Assembly: GCA_032718475.1 (NCBI GenBank)
Contig: JAUCBJ010006616.1
Coordinates: forward strand, 27,891-91,890
Source of the DNA: Nemertoderma westbladi
Lineage: Eukaryota; Animalia; Xenacoelomorpha
DNA: 64,000 bases
Reading direction: 5' to 3'
Position 1 is the first letter of the stretch. Each line of letters starts with the position of its first letter. A model generated the notes under the pieces. That model was not told the origin of the DNA. It searched no databases and saw nothing but the letters and a program-made list of their open reading frames with translations. Below are positions 15,201 to 30,200 of the stretch, piece after piece. Both the position numbers and the translations under genes were made by a program.

Positions 15201-18200
15201 AACAGTCCGAGTCTATAGAGTACACTATTGATGTGAAGGATGATCAAATGTCTATAGAGCAGGAGTCATTAATTATCCAAATACCTGCAGATACTCAAAT
15301 AGACATGAAGGATGAGTCAGAGTCTGATCTTCCATTGAAAGGAGCACCATATTTGAGCCCAGAATCTGAGACTATTTCTACAGAACTAGCTGTGGGAATT
15401 GAAACTCCAATTGTAAACGATGGTGACGCTTTACAATCACAGCTATCTGAAGAAAAGACTGAACCAATTTTAGATTTGGAAAATCTCTTAGAACAAGCAC
15501 CTATCACTGAACCTATTTCATTTTCTGAAAAGGTTATTTCCTCTGGTGTACCTACTACTGGAACAGTTGGTGTAGAATCTGTTGTTGACATCGACGATGT
15601 TGAAATAAGTGAAGCTATTGCCACAATATTGGACAAGTCTTTACAGAGTTATGAAGAATCAACAACTTCACCTTTGGATTCTAAGATTGAATTTGAAACA
15701 AAACTTGTTTCGCAAGATGTTTCAACTGTCCATGTTGAGATTAAGGACGATATTGACACATTTGCAGAACAGTCCGAGTCTATAGAGTACACTATTGATG
15801 TGAAGGATGATCAAATGTCTATAGAGCAGGAGTCATTAATTATCCAAATACCTGCAGAAACACAAATAGACATGAAGGATGAGTCAGTGTCTGCTCTTCC
15901 ATTGGAAGAAGCACCATATTTGAGCCCAGAATCTGAGACTATTTCTACAGAACTAGCTGAGGGAATTGAAACTCCAGTTGTAAAAGATGGTGACGCTTTA
16001 CAATCAAAGCTATCTGAAGAAAAGACTGAACCAATTTTAGATTTGGAAAATCTCTTAGAACAGGCACCTATCACTGAACCTATTTCATTTTCTGAAAAGG
16101 TTATTTCCTCTGGTGTGCCTACTACTGGAACAGTTGGTGTAGAATCTGTTGTTGACATCGACGATGTTGAAATAAGTGAAGCTGATGCCACAATATTGGA
16201 CAAGTCTTTACAGAGTTATGAAGAATCAACAACTTCACCTTTGGATTCTAAGATTGAATTTGAAACAAAACTTGTTTCGCAAGATGTTTCAACTGTCCAT
16301 GTTGAGATTAAGGACGATATTGACACATTTGCAGAACAGTCCGAGTCTATAGAGTACACTATTGATGTGAAGGATGATCAAATGTCTATAGAGCAGGAGT
16401 CATTAATTATCCAAATACCTGCAGATACTCAAATAGACATGAAGGATGAGTCAGAGTCTGATCTTCCATTGAAAGGAGCACCATATTTGAGCCCAGAATC
16501 TGAGACTATTTCTACAGAACTAGCTGTGGGAATTGAAACTCCAATTGTAAACGATGGTGACGCTTTACAATCAAAGCTATCTGAAGAAAAGACTGAACCA
16601 ATTTTAGATTTGGAAAATCTCTTAGAACAAGCACCTATCACTGAACCTATTTCATTTTCTGAAAAGGTTATTTCCTCTGGTGTACCTACTACTGGAACAG
16701 TTGGTGTAGAATCTGTTGTTGACATCGACGATGTTGAAATAAGTGAAGCTAATGCCACAATATTGGACAAGTCTTTACAGAGTTATGAAGAATCAACAAC
16801 TTCACCTTTGGATTCTAAGATTGAATTTGAAACAAAACTTGTTTCGCAAGATGTTTCAACTGTCCATGTTGAGATTAAGGACGATATTGACACATTTGCT
16901 GAACAGTCCGAGTCTATAGAGTACACTATTGATGTGAAGGATGATCAAATGTCTATAGAGCAGGATTCATTAATTATCCAAATACCTGCAGATACTAAAA
17001 TAGACACGAAGGATGAGTCAGTGTCTGATCTTCCATTGGAAGAAGCACCATATTTGAGCCCAGAATCTGAGACTATTTCTACAGAACTAGCTGTGGGAAT
17101 TGAAACTCCAGTTGTAAACGATGGTGACGCTTTACAATCAAAGCTATCTGAAGAAAAGACTGAACCAATTTTAGATTTGGAAAATCTCTTAGAACAAGCA
17201 CCTATCACTGAACCTATTTCATTTTCTGAAAAAGTTGTTTCCACTGAAGTTCCAACTGTTGGAACACTTGATGATGAATCTGTTGTTGACATTGACGATA
17301 TTGAAATAAGTGAAGCTGATGCCACAAAATTGGACAAGTCTTTACAGAGTTATGAAGAATCAACAACTTCTCCTTTGGATTCTAAGATTGAATTTGAAAC
17401 AAAACTTGTTTCGCAAGATGTTTCAATTGTCCATGTTGAGATTAAGGATGATATTGACAAATTTGCAGAACAGTCAGAGTCTATAGAGTACACTATTGAT
17501 GTGAAGGATGATCAAATGTCTATAGAGCAGGAGTCATTAATTATCCAAATACCTGCAGATACTCAAATAGACATGAAGGATGAGTCAGAGTCTGATCTTC
17601 CATTGAAAGGAGCACCGTATTTGAGCCCAGAATCTGAGACTATTTCTACAGAACTAGCTGTGGGAATTGAAACTCCAGTTGTAAACGATGGTGACGCTTT
17701 ACAATCAAAGTTATCTGAAGAGAAGACTGAACCAATTTTAGATTTGGAAAATCTCTTAGAACAAGCACCTATAACTGAACCTATTTCATTTTCTGAAAAG
17801 GTTATTTCCTCTGGTGTACCTACTACTGGAACAGTTGGTGTAGAATCTGTTGTTGACATCGACGATGTTGAAATAAGTGAAGCTGATGCCACAATATTGG
17901 ACAAGTCTTTACAGAGTTATGAAGAATCAACAACTTCACCTTTGGATTCTAAGATTGAATTTGAAACAAAACTTGTTTCGCAAGATGTTTCAACTGTCCA
18001 TGTTGAGATTAAGGACGATATGGACACATTTGCAGAACAGTCCGAGTCTATAGAGTACACTATTGATTTTAAGGATGATCAAATGTCTATAGAGCAGGAG
18101 TCATTAATTATCCAAATACCTGCAGAAACACAAATAGACATGAAGGATGTGTCAGAGTCTGCTCTTCCATTGGAAGAAGCACCATATTTGAGCCCAGAAT

Positions 18201-19480
18201 CTGAGACTATTTCTACAGAACTAGCTGAGGGAATTGAAACTACAGTTGTAAAAGATGGTGACGCTTTACAATCAAAGCTATCTGAAGAAAAGACTGAACC
18301 AATTTTAGATTTGGAAAATCTCTTAGAACAAGCATCTAATACTGCACCTATTTCATTTTCTGAAAAGGTTATTTCCTCTGGTGTACCTACTACTGGAACA
18401 TTTGGTGTAGAATCTGTTGTTGACATCGACGATGTTGAAATAAGTGAAGCTGATGCCACAATATTGGACAAGTCTTTACAGAGTTATGAAGAATCAACAA
18501 CTTCACCTTTGGATTCTAAGATTGAATTTGAAACAAAACTTGTTTCGCAAGATGTTTCAACTGTCCATGTTGAGATTAAGGACGATATTGACACATTTGC
18601 AGAACAGTCCGAGTCTATAGAGTACACTATTGATGTGAAGGATGATCAAATGTCTATAGAGCAGGAGTCATTAATTATCCAAATACCTGCAGAAACACAA
18701 ATAGACATGAAGGATGAGTCAGAGTCTGCTCTTCCATTGGAAGAAGCACCATATTTGAGCCCAGAATCTGAGACTATTTCTACAGAACTAGCTGAGGGAA
18801 TTGAAACTCCAGTTGTAAAAGATGGTGACGCTTTACAATCAAAGCTATCTGAAGAAAAGACTGAACCAATTTTAGATTTGGAAAATCTCTTAGAACAAGC
18901 ATCTAATACTGCACCTATTTCATTTTCTGAAAAGGTTATTTCCTCTGGTGTACCTACTACTGGAACAGTTGGTGTAGAATCTGTTGTTGACATCGACGAT
19001 GTTGAAATAAGTGAAGCTGATGCCACAATATTGGACAAGTCTTTACAGAGTTATGAAGAATCAACAACTTCACCTTTGGATTCTAAGATTGAATTTGAAT
19101 CAAAACTTGTTTCGCAAGATGTTTCAACTGTCCATGTTGAGATTAAGGACGATATTGACACATTTGCAGAACAGTCCGAGTCTATAGAGTACAATATTGA
19201 TGTGAAGGATAATCAAATGTCCATAGAGCAGGAGTCATTAATTATCCAAATACCTGCAGATACTCAAATAGACATGAAGGATGAGTCAGAGTCTAATCTT
19301 CCATTGAAAGGAGCACCGTATTTGAGCCCAGAATCTGAGACTATTTTTACAGAACTAGCTGTGGGAATTGAAACTCCAGTTGTAAACGATGGTGACGCTT
19401 TACAATCAAAGCTATCTGAAGAAAAGACTGAACCAATTTTAGATTTGGAAAATCTCTTAGAACAAGCACCTATAACTGCA
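8879..19480 (+). CDS. Giant exon, segment 2: spacer block U, about 2 A-type units, then 189-aa B repeats
   Basis: Continues the repeat register exactly (TAT GAA GAA TCA = YEES) once one base is removed; corresponds to ORF 8891..19498. Confidence 0.9.
9061..10330 (+). repeat. Spacer block U, copy 1 (about 1.27 kb, about 420 aa)
   Basis: Collinear with 32039-33308 at a constant offset of 22,978 bp, checked at both ends. Confidence 0.93.
10330..11250 (+). repeat. About 1.6 A2-type 570-bp units grading into the B array
   Basis: Translation contains LPAESQIGIK...ESTLSEEETEPISDLESYIEKAP, the A2 subtype seen at 33.3-46.8 kb. Confidence 0.85.
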
Positions 19481-22400
19481 ACCTATTTCATTTTCTGAAA
19501 AGGTTATTTCCTCTGGTGTACCTACTACTGGAACAGTTGGTGTAGAATCTGTTGTTGACATCGACGATGTTGAAATAAGTGAAGCTGATGCCACAATATT
19601 GGACAAGTCTTTACAGAGTTATGAAGAATCAACAACTTCACCTTTGGATTCTAAGATTGAATTTGAAACAAAACTTGTTTCGCAAGATGTTTCAACTGTC
19701 CATGTTGAGATTAAGGACGATATGGACACATTTGCAGAACAGTCCGAGTCTATAGAGTACACTATTGATTTTAAGGATGATCAAATGTCTATAGAGCAGG
19801 AGTCATTAATTATCCAAATACCTGCAGAAACACAAATAGACATGAAGGATGTGTCAGAGTCTGCTCTTCCATTGGAAGAAGCACCATATTTGAGCCCAGA
19901 ATCTGAGACTATTTCTACAGAACTAGCTGAGGGAATTGAAACTACAGTTGTAAAAGATGGTGACGCTTTACAATCAAAGCTATCTGAAGAAAAGACTGAA
20001 CCAATTTTAGATTTGGAAAATCTCTTAGAACAAGCATCTAATACTGCACCTATTTCATTTTCTGAAAAGGTTATTTCCTCTGGTGTACCTACTACTGGAA
20101 CAGTTGGTGTAGAATCTGTTGTTGACATCGACGATGTTGAAATAAGTGAAGCTGATGCCACAATATTGGACAAGTCTTTACAGAGTTATGAAGAATCAAC
20201 AACTTCACCTTTGGATTCTAAGATTGAATTTGAATCAAAACTTGTTTCGCAAGATGTTTCAACTGTCCATGTTGAGATTAAGGACGATATTGACACATTT
20301 GCAGAACAGTCCGAGTCTATAGAGTACAATATTGATGTGAAGGATAATCAAATGTCCATAGAGCAGGAGTCATTAATTATCCAAATACCTGCAGATACTC
20401 AAATAGACATGAAGGATGAGTCAGAGTCTAATCTTCCATTGAAAGGAGCACCGTATTTGAGCCCAGAATCTGAGACTATTTTTACAGAACTAGCTGTGGG
20501 AATTGAAACTCCAGTTGTAAACGATGGTGACGCTTTACAATCAAAGCTATCTGAAGAAAAGACTGAACCAATTTTAGATTTGGAAAATCTCTTAGAACAA
20601 GCACCTATCACTGAACCTATTTCATTTTCTGAAAAGGTTATTTCCTCTGGTGTACCTACTACTGGAACAGTTGGTGTAGAATCTGTTGTTGACATCGACG
20701 ATGTTGAAATAAGTGAAGCTGATGCCACAATATTGGACAAGTCTTTACAGAGTTATGAAGAATCAACAACTTCACCTTTGGATTCTAAGATTGAATTTGA
20801 AACAAAACTTGTTTCGCAAGATGTTTCAACTGTCCATGTTGAGATTAAGGACGATATGGACACATTTGCAGAACAGTCCGAGTCTATAGAGTACACTATT
20901 GATTTTAAGGATGATCAAATGTCTATAGAGCAGGAGTCATTAATTATCCAAATACCTGCAGAAACACAAATAGACATGAAGGATGTGTCAGAGTCTGCTC
21001 TTCCATTGGAAGAAGCACCATATTTGAGCCCAGAATCTGAGACTATTTCTACAGAACTAGCTGAGGGAATTGAAACTACAGTTGTAAAAGATGGTGACGC
21101 TTTACAATCAAAGCTATCTGAAGAAAAGACTGAACCAATTTTAGATTTGGAAAATCTCTTAGAACAAGCATCTAATACTGCACCTATTTCATTTTCTGAA
21201 AAGGTTATTTCCTCTGGTGTACCTACTACTGGAACATTTGGTGTAGAATCTGTTGTTGACATCGACGATGTTGAAATAAGTGAAGCTGATGCCACAATAT
21301 TGGACAAGTCTTTACAGAGTTATGAAGAATCAACAACTTCACCTTTGGATTCTAAGATTGAATTTGAAACAAAACTTGTTTCGCAAGATGTTTCAACTGT
21401 CCATGTTGAGATTAAGGACGATATTGACACATTTGCAGAACAGTCCGAGTCTATAGAGTACACTATTGATGTGAAGGATGATCAAATGTCTATAGAGCAG
21501 GAGTCATTAATTATCCAAATACCTGCAGAAACACAAATAGACATGAAGGATGAGTCAGAGTCTGCTCTTCCATTGGAAGAAGCACCATATTTGAGCCCAG
21601 AATCTGAGACTATTTCTAAAGAACTAGCTGAGGGAATTGAAACTCCAGTTGTAAAAGATGGTGACGCTTTACAATCAAAGCTATCTGAAGAAAAGACTGA
21701 ACCAATTTTAGATTTGGAAAATCTCTTAGAACAAGCATCTAATACTGCACCTATTTCATTTTCTGAAAAGGTTATTTCCTCTGGTGTACCTACTACTGGA
21801 ACAGTTGGTGTAGAATCTGTTGTTGACATCGACGATGTTGAAATAAGTGAAGCTGATGCCACAATATTGGACAAGTCTTTACAGAGTTATGAAGAATCAA
21901 CAACTTCACCTTTGGATTCTAAGATTGAATTTGAATCAAAACTTGTTTCGCAAGATGTTTCAACTGTCCATGTTGAGATTAAGGACGATATTGACACATT
22001 TGCAGAACAGTCCGAGTCTATAGAGTACAATATTGATGTGAAGGATAATCAAATGTCCATAGAGCAGGAGTCATTAATTATCCAAATACCTGCAGATACT
22101 CAAATAGACATGAAGGATGAGTCAGAGTCTAATCTTCCATTGAAAGGAGCACCGTATTTGAGCCCAGAATCTGAGACTATTTTTACAGAACTAGCTGTGG
22201 GAATTGAAACTCCAGTTGTAAACGATGGTGACGCTTTAGAATCAAAGCTATCTGAAGAAAAGACTGAACCAATTTTAGATTTGGAAAATCTCTTAGAACA
22301 AGCACCTATAACTCAACCTATTTCATTTTCTGAAAAGGTTATTTCCTCTGGTGTACCTACTACTGGAACAGTTGGTGTAGAATCTGTTGTTGACATCGAC

Positions 22401-25400
22401 GATGTTGAAATAAGTGAAGCTGATGCCACAATATTGGACAAGTCTTTACAGAGTTATGAAGAATCAACAACTTCACCTTTGGATTCTAAGATTGAATTTG
22501 AAACAAAACTTGTTTCGCAAGATGTTTCAACAGTCCACTTTGAGATTAAGGACGATATTGACACATTTGCTGAACAGTCCGAGTCTATAGAGTACAATAT
22601 TGATGTGAAGGATGATCAAATGTCTATAGAGCAGGAGTCATTAATTATCCAAATACCTGCAGATACTCAAATAGACATGAAGGATGAGTCAGAGTCTGAT
22701 CTTCCATTGAAAGGAGCACCGTATTTGAACCCAGAATCTGAGACTATTTCTACAGAACTAGCTGTGGGAATTGAAACTCCAGTTGTAAACGATGGTGACG
22801 CTTTACAATCAAAGCTATCTGAAGAAAAGACTGAACCAATTTTAGATTTGGAAAATCTCTTAGAACAAGCACCTATCACTGAACCTATTTCATTTTCTGA
22901 AAAGGTTATTTCCTCTGGTGTACCTACTACTGGAACAGTTGGTGTAGAATCTGTTGTTGACATCGACGATGTTGAAATAAGTGAAGCTGATGCCACAATA
23001 TTGGACAAGTCTTTACAGAGTTATGAAGAATCAACAACTTCACCTTTGGATTCTAAGATTGAATTTGAAACAAAACTTGTTTCGCAAGATGTTTCAACTG
23101 TCCATGTTGAGATTAAGGACGATATTGACACATTTGCAGAACAGTCCGAGTCTATAGAGTACACTATTGATGTGAAGGATGATCAAATGTCTATAGAGCA
23201 GGAGTCATTAATTATCCAAATACCTGCAGAAACACAAATAGACATGAAGGATGTGTCAGAGTCTGCTCTTCCATTGGAAGAAGCACCATATTTGAGCCCA
23301 GAATCTGAGACTATTTCTACAGAACTAGCTGAGGGAATTGAAACTCCAGTTGTAAAAGATGGTGACGCTTTACAATCAAAGCTATCTGAAGAAAAGACTG
23401 AACCAATTTTAGATTTGGAAAATCTCTTAGAACAAGCATCTAATACTGCACCTATTTCATTTTCTGAAAAAGTTGTTTCCACTGAAGTTCCAACTGTTGG
23501 AACACTTGATGATGAATCTGTTGTTGACATTGACGATGTTGAAATATGTGAAGCTGATACCACAAAATTGGACAAGTCTTTACAGAGTTATGAAGAATCA
23601 ACAACTTCACCTTTGGATTCTAAGATTGAATTTGAAACAAAACTTGTTTCGCAAGATGTTTCAACTGTCCATGTTGAGATTAAGGACGATATTGACACAT
23701 TTGCAGAACAGTCCGAGTCTATAGAGTACACTATTGATGTGAAGGATGATCAAATGTCTATAGAGCAGGAGTCATTAATTATCCAAATACCTGCAGAAAC
23801 ACAAATAGACATGAAGGATGTGTCAGAGTCTGATCTTCCATTGAAAGGAGCACCGTATTTGAACCCAGAATCTGAGACTATTTCTACAGAACTAGCTGAG
23901 GGAATTGAAACTCCAGTTGTAAAAGATGGTGACGCTTTACAATCAAAGCTATCTGAAGAAAAGACTGAACCAATTTTAGATTTGGAAAATCTCTTAGAAC
24001 AAGCACCTATAACTGAACCTATTTCATTTTCTGAAAAGGTTATTTCCTCTGGTGTACCTACTACTGGAACAGGTGGTGTAGAATCTGTTGTTGACATCGA
24101 CGATGTTGAAATAAGTGAAGCTGATGCCACAATATTGGACAAGTCTTTACAGAGTTATGAAGAATCAACAACTTCACCTTTGGATTCTAAGATTGAATTT
24201 GAAACAAAACTTGTTTCGCAAGATGTTTCAACTGTCCATGTTGAGATTAAGGACGATATTGACACATTTGCAGAACAGTCCGAGTCTATAGAGTACAATA
24301 TTGATGTGAAGGATGATCAAATGTCTATAGAGCAGGAGTCATTAATTATCCAAATACCTGCAGATACTCAAATAGACATGAAGGATGAGTCAGAGTCTGA
24401 TCTTCCATTGAAAGGAGCACCGTATTTGAACCCAGAATCTGAGACTATTTCTACAGAACTAGCTGTGGGAATTGAAACTCCAGTTGTAAACGATGGTGAC
24501 GCTTTACAATCAAAGCTATCTGAAGAAAAGACTGAACCAATTTTAGATTTGGAAAATCTCTTAGAACAAGCACCTATCACTGAACCTATTTCATTTTCTG
24601 AAAAGGTTATTTCCTCTGGTGTACCTACTACTGGAACAGTTGGTGTAGAATCTGTTGTTGACATCGACGATGTTGAAATAAGTGAAGCTGATGCCACAAT
24701 ATTGGACAAGTCTTTACAGAGTTATGAAGAATCAACAACTTCACCTTTGGATTCTAAGATTGAATTTGAAACAAAACTTGTTTCGCAAGATGTTTCAACT
24801 GTCCATGTTGAGATTAAGGACGATATTGACACATTTGCAGAACAGTCCGAGTCTATAGAGTACACTATTGATGTGAAGGATGATCAAATGTCTATAGAGC
24901 AGGAGTCATTAATTATCCAAATACCTGCAGAAACACAAATAGACATGAAGGATGTTTCAGAGTCTGATCTTCCATTGGAAGAAGCACCATATTTGAGCCC
25001 AGAATCTGAGACTATTTCTACAGAACTAGCTGAGGGAATTGAAACTCCAGTTGTAAAAGATGGTGACGCTTTACAATCAAAGTTATCTGAAGAAAAGACT
25101 GAACCAATTTTAGATTTGGAAAATCTCTTAGAACAAGCACCTATAACTGAACCTATTTCATTTTCTGAAAAGGTTATTTCCTCTGGTGTACCTACTACTG
25201 GAACAGGTGGTGTAGAATCTGTTGTTGACATCGACGATGTTGAAATAAGTGAAGCTGATGCCACAATATTGGACAAGTCTTTACAGAGTTATGAAGAATC
25301 AACAACTTCACCTTTGGATTCTAAGATTGAATTTGAAACAAAACTTGTTTCGCAAGATGTTTCAACTGTCCATGTTGAGATTAAGGACGATATTGACACA

Positions 25401-28400
25401 TTTGCAGAACAGTCCGAGTCTATAGAGTACACTATTGATTTTAAGGATGATCAAATGTCTATAGAGCAGGAGTCATTAATTATCCAAATACCTGCAGAAA
25501 CACAAATAGACATGAAGGATGTGTCAGAGTCTGCTCTTCCATTGGAAGAAGCACCATATTTGAGCCCAGAATCTGAGACTATTTCTACAGAACAAGCTGA
25601 GGGAATTGAAACTCCAGTTGTAAAAGATGGTGACGCTTTACAATCAAAGCTATCTGAAGAAAAGACTGAACCAATTTTAGATTTGGAAAATCTCTTAGAA
25701 CAAGCACCTATCACTGCACCTATTTCATTTTCTGAAAAGGTTATTTTCTCTGGTGTACCTACTACTGGAACAGTTGGTGTAGAATCTGTTGTTGACATCG
25801 ACGATGTTGAAATAAGTGAAGCTGATGCCACAATATTGGACAAGTCTTTACAGAGTTATGAAGAATCAACAACTTCACCTTTGGATTCTAAGATTGAATT
25901 TGAAACAAAACTTGTTTCGCAAGATGTTTCAACTGTCCATGTTGAGATTAAGGACGATATTGACAAATTTGCAGAACAGTCCGAGTCTATAGAGTACACT
26001 ATTGATGTGAAGGATGATCAGATGTCTATAGAGCAGGAGTCATTAATTATCCAAATACCTGCAGAAACACAAATAGACATGAAGGATGAGTCAGTGTCTG
26101 CTCTTCCATTGGAAGAAGCACCATATTTGAGCCCAGAATCTGAGACTATTTCTGCAGAACTAGCTGAGGGAATTGAAACTCGAGTTGTAAAAGATGGTGA
26201 CGCTTTACAATCAAAGCTATCTGAAGAAAAGACTGAACCAATTTTAGATTTGGAAAATCTCTTAGAACAAGCATCTAATACTGCACCTATTTCATTTTCA
26301 GAAAAGGTTATTTCCTCTGGTGTACCTACTACTGGAACAGTTGGTGAAGAATCTGTTGTTGACATCGACGATGTTGAAATAAGTGAAGCTGATGCCACAA
26401 TATTGGACAAGTCTTTACAGAGTTATGAAGAATCAACAACTTCACCTTTGGATTCTAAGATTGAATTTGAAACAAAACTTGTTTCGCAAGATGTTTCATC
26501 AGTCCATGTTGAGATTAAGGACGATATTGACACATTTGCTGAACAGTCCGAGTCTATAGAGTACAATATTGATGTGAAGGATGATCAAATGTCTATAGAG
26601 CAGGAGTCATTAATTATCCAAATACCTGCAGATACTCAAATAGACATGAAGGATGAGTCAGAGTCTGATCTTCCATTGAAAGGAGCACCGTATTTGAACC
26701 CAGAATCTGAGACTATTTCTACAGAACTAGCTGTGGGAATTGAAACTCCAGTTGTAAACGATGGTGACGCTTTACAATCAAAGCTATCTGAAGAAAAGAC
26801 TGAACCAATTTTAGATTTGGAAAATCTCTTAGAACAAGCACCTATCACTGAACCTATTTCATTTTCTGAAAAGGTTATTTCCTCTGGTGTACCTACTACT
26901 GGAACAGTTGGTGTAGAATCTGTTGTTGACATCGACGATGTTGAAATAAGTGAAGCTGATGCCACAATATTGGACAAGTCTTTACAGAGTTATGAAGAAT
27001 CAACAACTTCACCTTTGGATTCTAAGATTGAATTTGAAACAAAACTTGTTTCGCAAGATGTTTCAACTGTCCATGTTGAGATTAAGGACGATATTGACAC
27101 ATTTGCAGAACAGTCCGAGTCTATAGAGTACACTATTGATGTGAAGGATGATCAAATGTCTATAGAGCAGGAGTCATTAATTATCCAAATACCTGCAGAT
27201 ACTCAAATAGACATGAAGGATGTGTCAGAGTCTGCTCTTCCATTGGAAGAAGCACCATATTTGAGCCCAGAATCTGAGACTATTTCTACAGAACTAGCTG
27301 AGGGAATTGAAACTCCAGTTGTAAAAGATGGTGACGCTTTACAATCAAAGCTATCTGAAGAAAAGACTGAACCAATTTTAGATTTGGAAAATCTCTTAGA
27401 ACAAGCATCTAATACTGCACCTATTTCATTTTCTGAAAAGGTTATTTCCTCTGGTGTACCTACTACTGGAACAGTTGGTGTAGAATCTGTTGTTGACATC
27501 GACGATGTTGAAATAAGTGAAGCTGATGCCACAATATTGGACAAGTCTTTACAGAGTTATGAAGAATCAACAACTTCACCTTTGGATTCTAAGATTGAAT
27601 TTGAAACAAAACTTGTTTGGCAAGATGTTTCAACAGTCCATGTTGAGATTAAGGACGATATTGACAAATTTGCAGAACAGTCCGAGTCTATAGAGTACAC
27701 TATTGATGTGAAGGATGATCAGATGTCTATAAAGCAGGAGTCATTAATTATCCAAATACCTGCAGAAATACAAATAGTCATGAAGGATGTGTCAGAGTCT
27801 GCTCTTCCATTGGAAGAAGCACCATATTTGAGCCCAGAATCTGAGACTATTTCTACAGAACTAGCTGAGGGAATTGAAACTCCAGTTGTAAAAGATGGTG
27901 ACGCTTTACAATCAAAGCTATCTGAAGAAAAGACTGAACCAATTTTAGATTTGGAAAATCTCTTAGAACAAGCACCTATCACTGAACCTATTTCATTTTC
28001 TGAAAAGGTTATTTCCTCTGGTGTACCTACTACTGGAACAGTTGGTGTAGAATCTGTTGTTGACATCGACGATGTTGAAATAAGTGAAGCTGATGCCACA
28101 ATATTGGACAAGTCTTTACAGAGTTATGAAGAATCAACAACTTCACCTTTGGATTCTAAGATTGAATTTGAAACAAAACTTGTTTCGCAAGATGTTTCAA
28201 CAGTCCATGTTGAGATTAAGGACGATATTGACACATTTGCTGAACAGTCCGAGTCTATAGAGTACAATATTGATGTGAAGGATGATCAAATGTCTATAGA
28301 GCAGGAGTCATTAATTATCCAAATACCTGCAGATACTCAAATAGACATGAAGGATGAGTCAGAGTCTGATCTTCCATTGAAAGGAGCACCGTATTTGAAC

Positions 28401-30200
28401 CCAGAATCTGAGACTATTTCTACAGAACTAGCTGTGGGAATTGAAACTCCAGTTGTAAACGATGGTGACGCTTTACAATCAAAGCTATCTGAAGAAAAGA
28501 CTGGACCAATTTTAGATTTGGAAAATCTCTTAGAACAAGCACCTATCACTGAACCTATTTCATTTTCTGAAAAGGTTATTTCCTCTGGTGTATCTACTAC
28601 TGGAACAGTTGGTGTAGAATCTGTTGTTGACATCGACGATGTTGAAATAAGTGAAGCTGATGCCACAATATTGGACAAGTTTTTACAGAGTTATGAAGAA
28701 TCAACAACTTATCCTTTGGATTCTAAGATTGAATTTGAAACAAAACTTGTTTCGCAAGATGTTTCAACAGTCCATGTTGAGATTAAGGACGATATTGACA
28801 CATTTGCTGAACAGTCCAAGTCTATAGAGTACACTATTGATGTGAAGGATGATCAAATATCTATAGAGCAGGAGTCATTAATTATCCAAATACCTGCAGA
28901 TATTCAAATAGACACGAAGGATGAGTCAATGTCTGTTCTTCCATTGGAAGAGGCACCATATTTGAGCCCAGAATCTGAGACTATTTCTACAGAGCTAGCT
29001 GAGGGAATTGAAACTCCAGTTGTAAAAGATGGTGACGCTTTACAATCACAACTATCTGATGAAAAGCCTGAATCAATTTTAGATGTGGAAAATCTCTTAG
29101 AACAAGCACCTATCACTGAACCTATTTCATTTTCTGAAAAAGTTGTTTCCACTGAAGTTCCAACTGTTGGAACACTTGATGATGAATCTGTTGTTGACAT
29201 TGACGATGTTGAAATATGTGAAGGTGATGCCACAATATTGGACATGTCTTTACAGAGTTATCATGAATCAACAACTTCTCCTTTGGATTCTGAGATTGAA
29301 TTTGAAACAAAACTTGTTTCGCAAGATGTTTCAACAGTCCGTGTTGAGATTAAGGACGATATTGACAAATTTGCAGAACAGTCCGAGTCTATAGAGTACA
29401 CTATTGATGTGAAGGATGATCAAATGTCTATAGAGCAGGAGTCATTAATTATCCAAATGCCTGCAGAAACTCAAATAGACATGAAGGATGAGTCAGTGTC
29501 TGCTCTTCCATTGGAAGAAGCACCATATTTGAGCCCAGAATCTGAGGCTATTTCTACAGAACTAGCTGAGGGAATTGAAACTCCTGTTGTAAAAGATGGT
29601 GACGCTTTGCAATCAAAACTATCTGAAGAAAGGACTGAACCAATTTTAGATTTGGAAGATCTCTTAGAACAAGCACCTATCACTGAACCTATTTCATTTT
29701 CTGAAAAGGTTATTTCCACAGAAGTTCCAACTGTTGGAACACTTGATGATGAATCTGTTGTTGACATTGACGATGTTAAATTCAGTGAAGCTGATGCCAC
29801 AATATTGGACAAGCCTTTACAGAGTTATGAAGAATCAACAACTTCTCCTTTGGATTCTAAGATTGAATTTGAAACAAAATTTGTTTCACATGAAGTTTCA
29901 AGTGTATCTGTTGAAATTAAAGAAGATATTAATGCATTTGTTGAACAGTCCGAGTCTTTGGGGTATGCCATTGATTTGGATGACAATCAAATGTCTATAG
30001 AGCATGACTCTTCAAGTATCCAAGTACCTTCAGAGATTCAAATTGATATGAAAGACGAATCAGTATCAGAACTTGCAATGGAAACAGGTACTTCTCTTTA
30101 TCTTGATATTGAGACTATTTCCATAGGTTTTAACACTGCAGATAGAGTAATGGCTCCTGTTGTAATAGGCGATGCTCTGCAATTATGTGTATCAGAAGAC
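11250..30200 (+). repeat. Coding tandem array B, 567-bp (189-aa) unit, 33 copies
   Basis: The VKDGDALQ/VNDGDALQ marker recurs every 567 bp from 11456 to 29589; two units are 561 bp. The unit is homologous to A (FAEQSES.EY.IDVKDDQMS.EQES). Confidence 0.97.

Noticed and set aside
8878-19481. Programmed ribosomal frameshifting or pseudogenisation at the two breaks
   Set aside because: No slippery heptamer is evident and both insertions are unions of known unit variants. An artefact is more parsimonious, though raw reads are needed to confirm.
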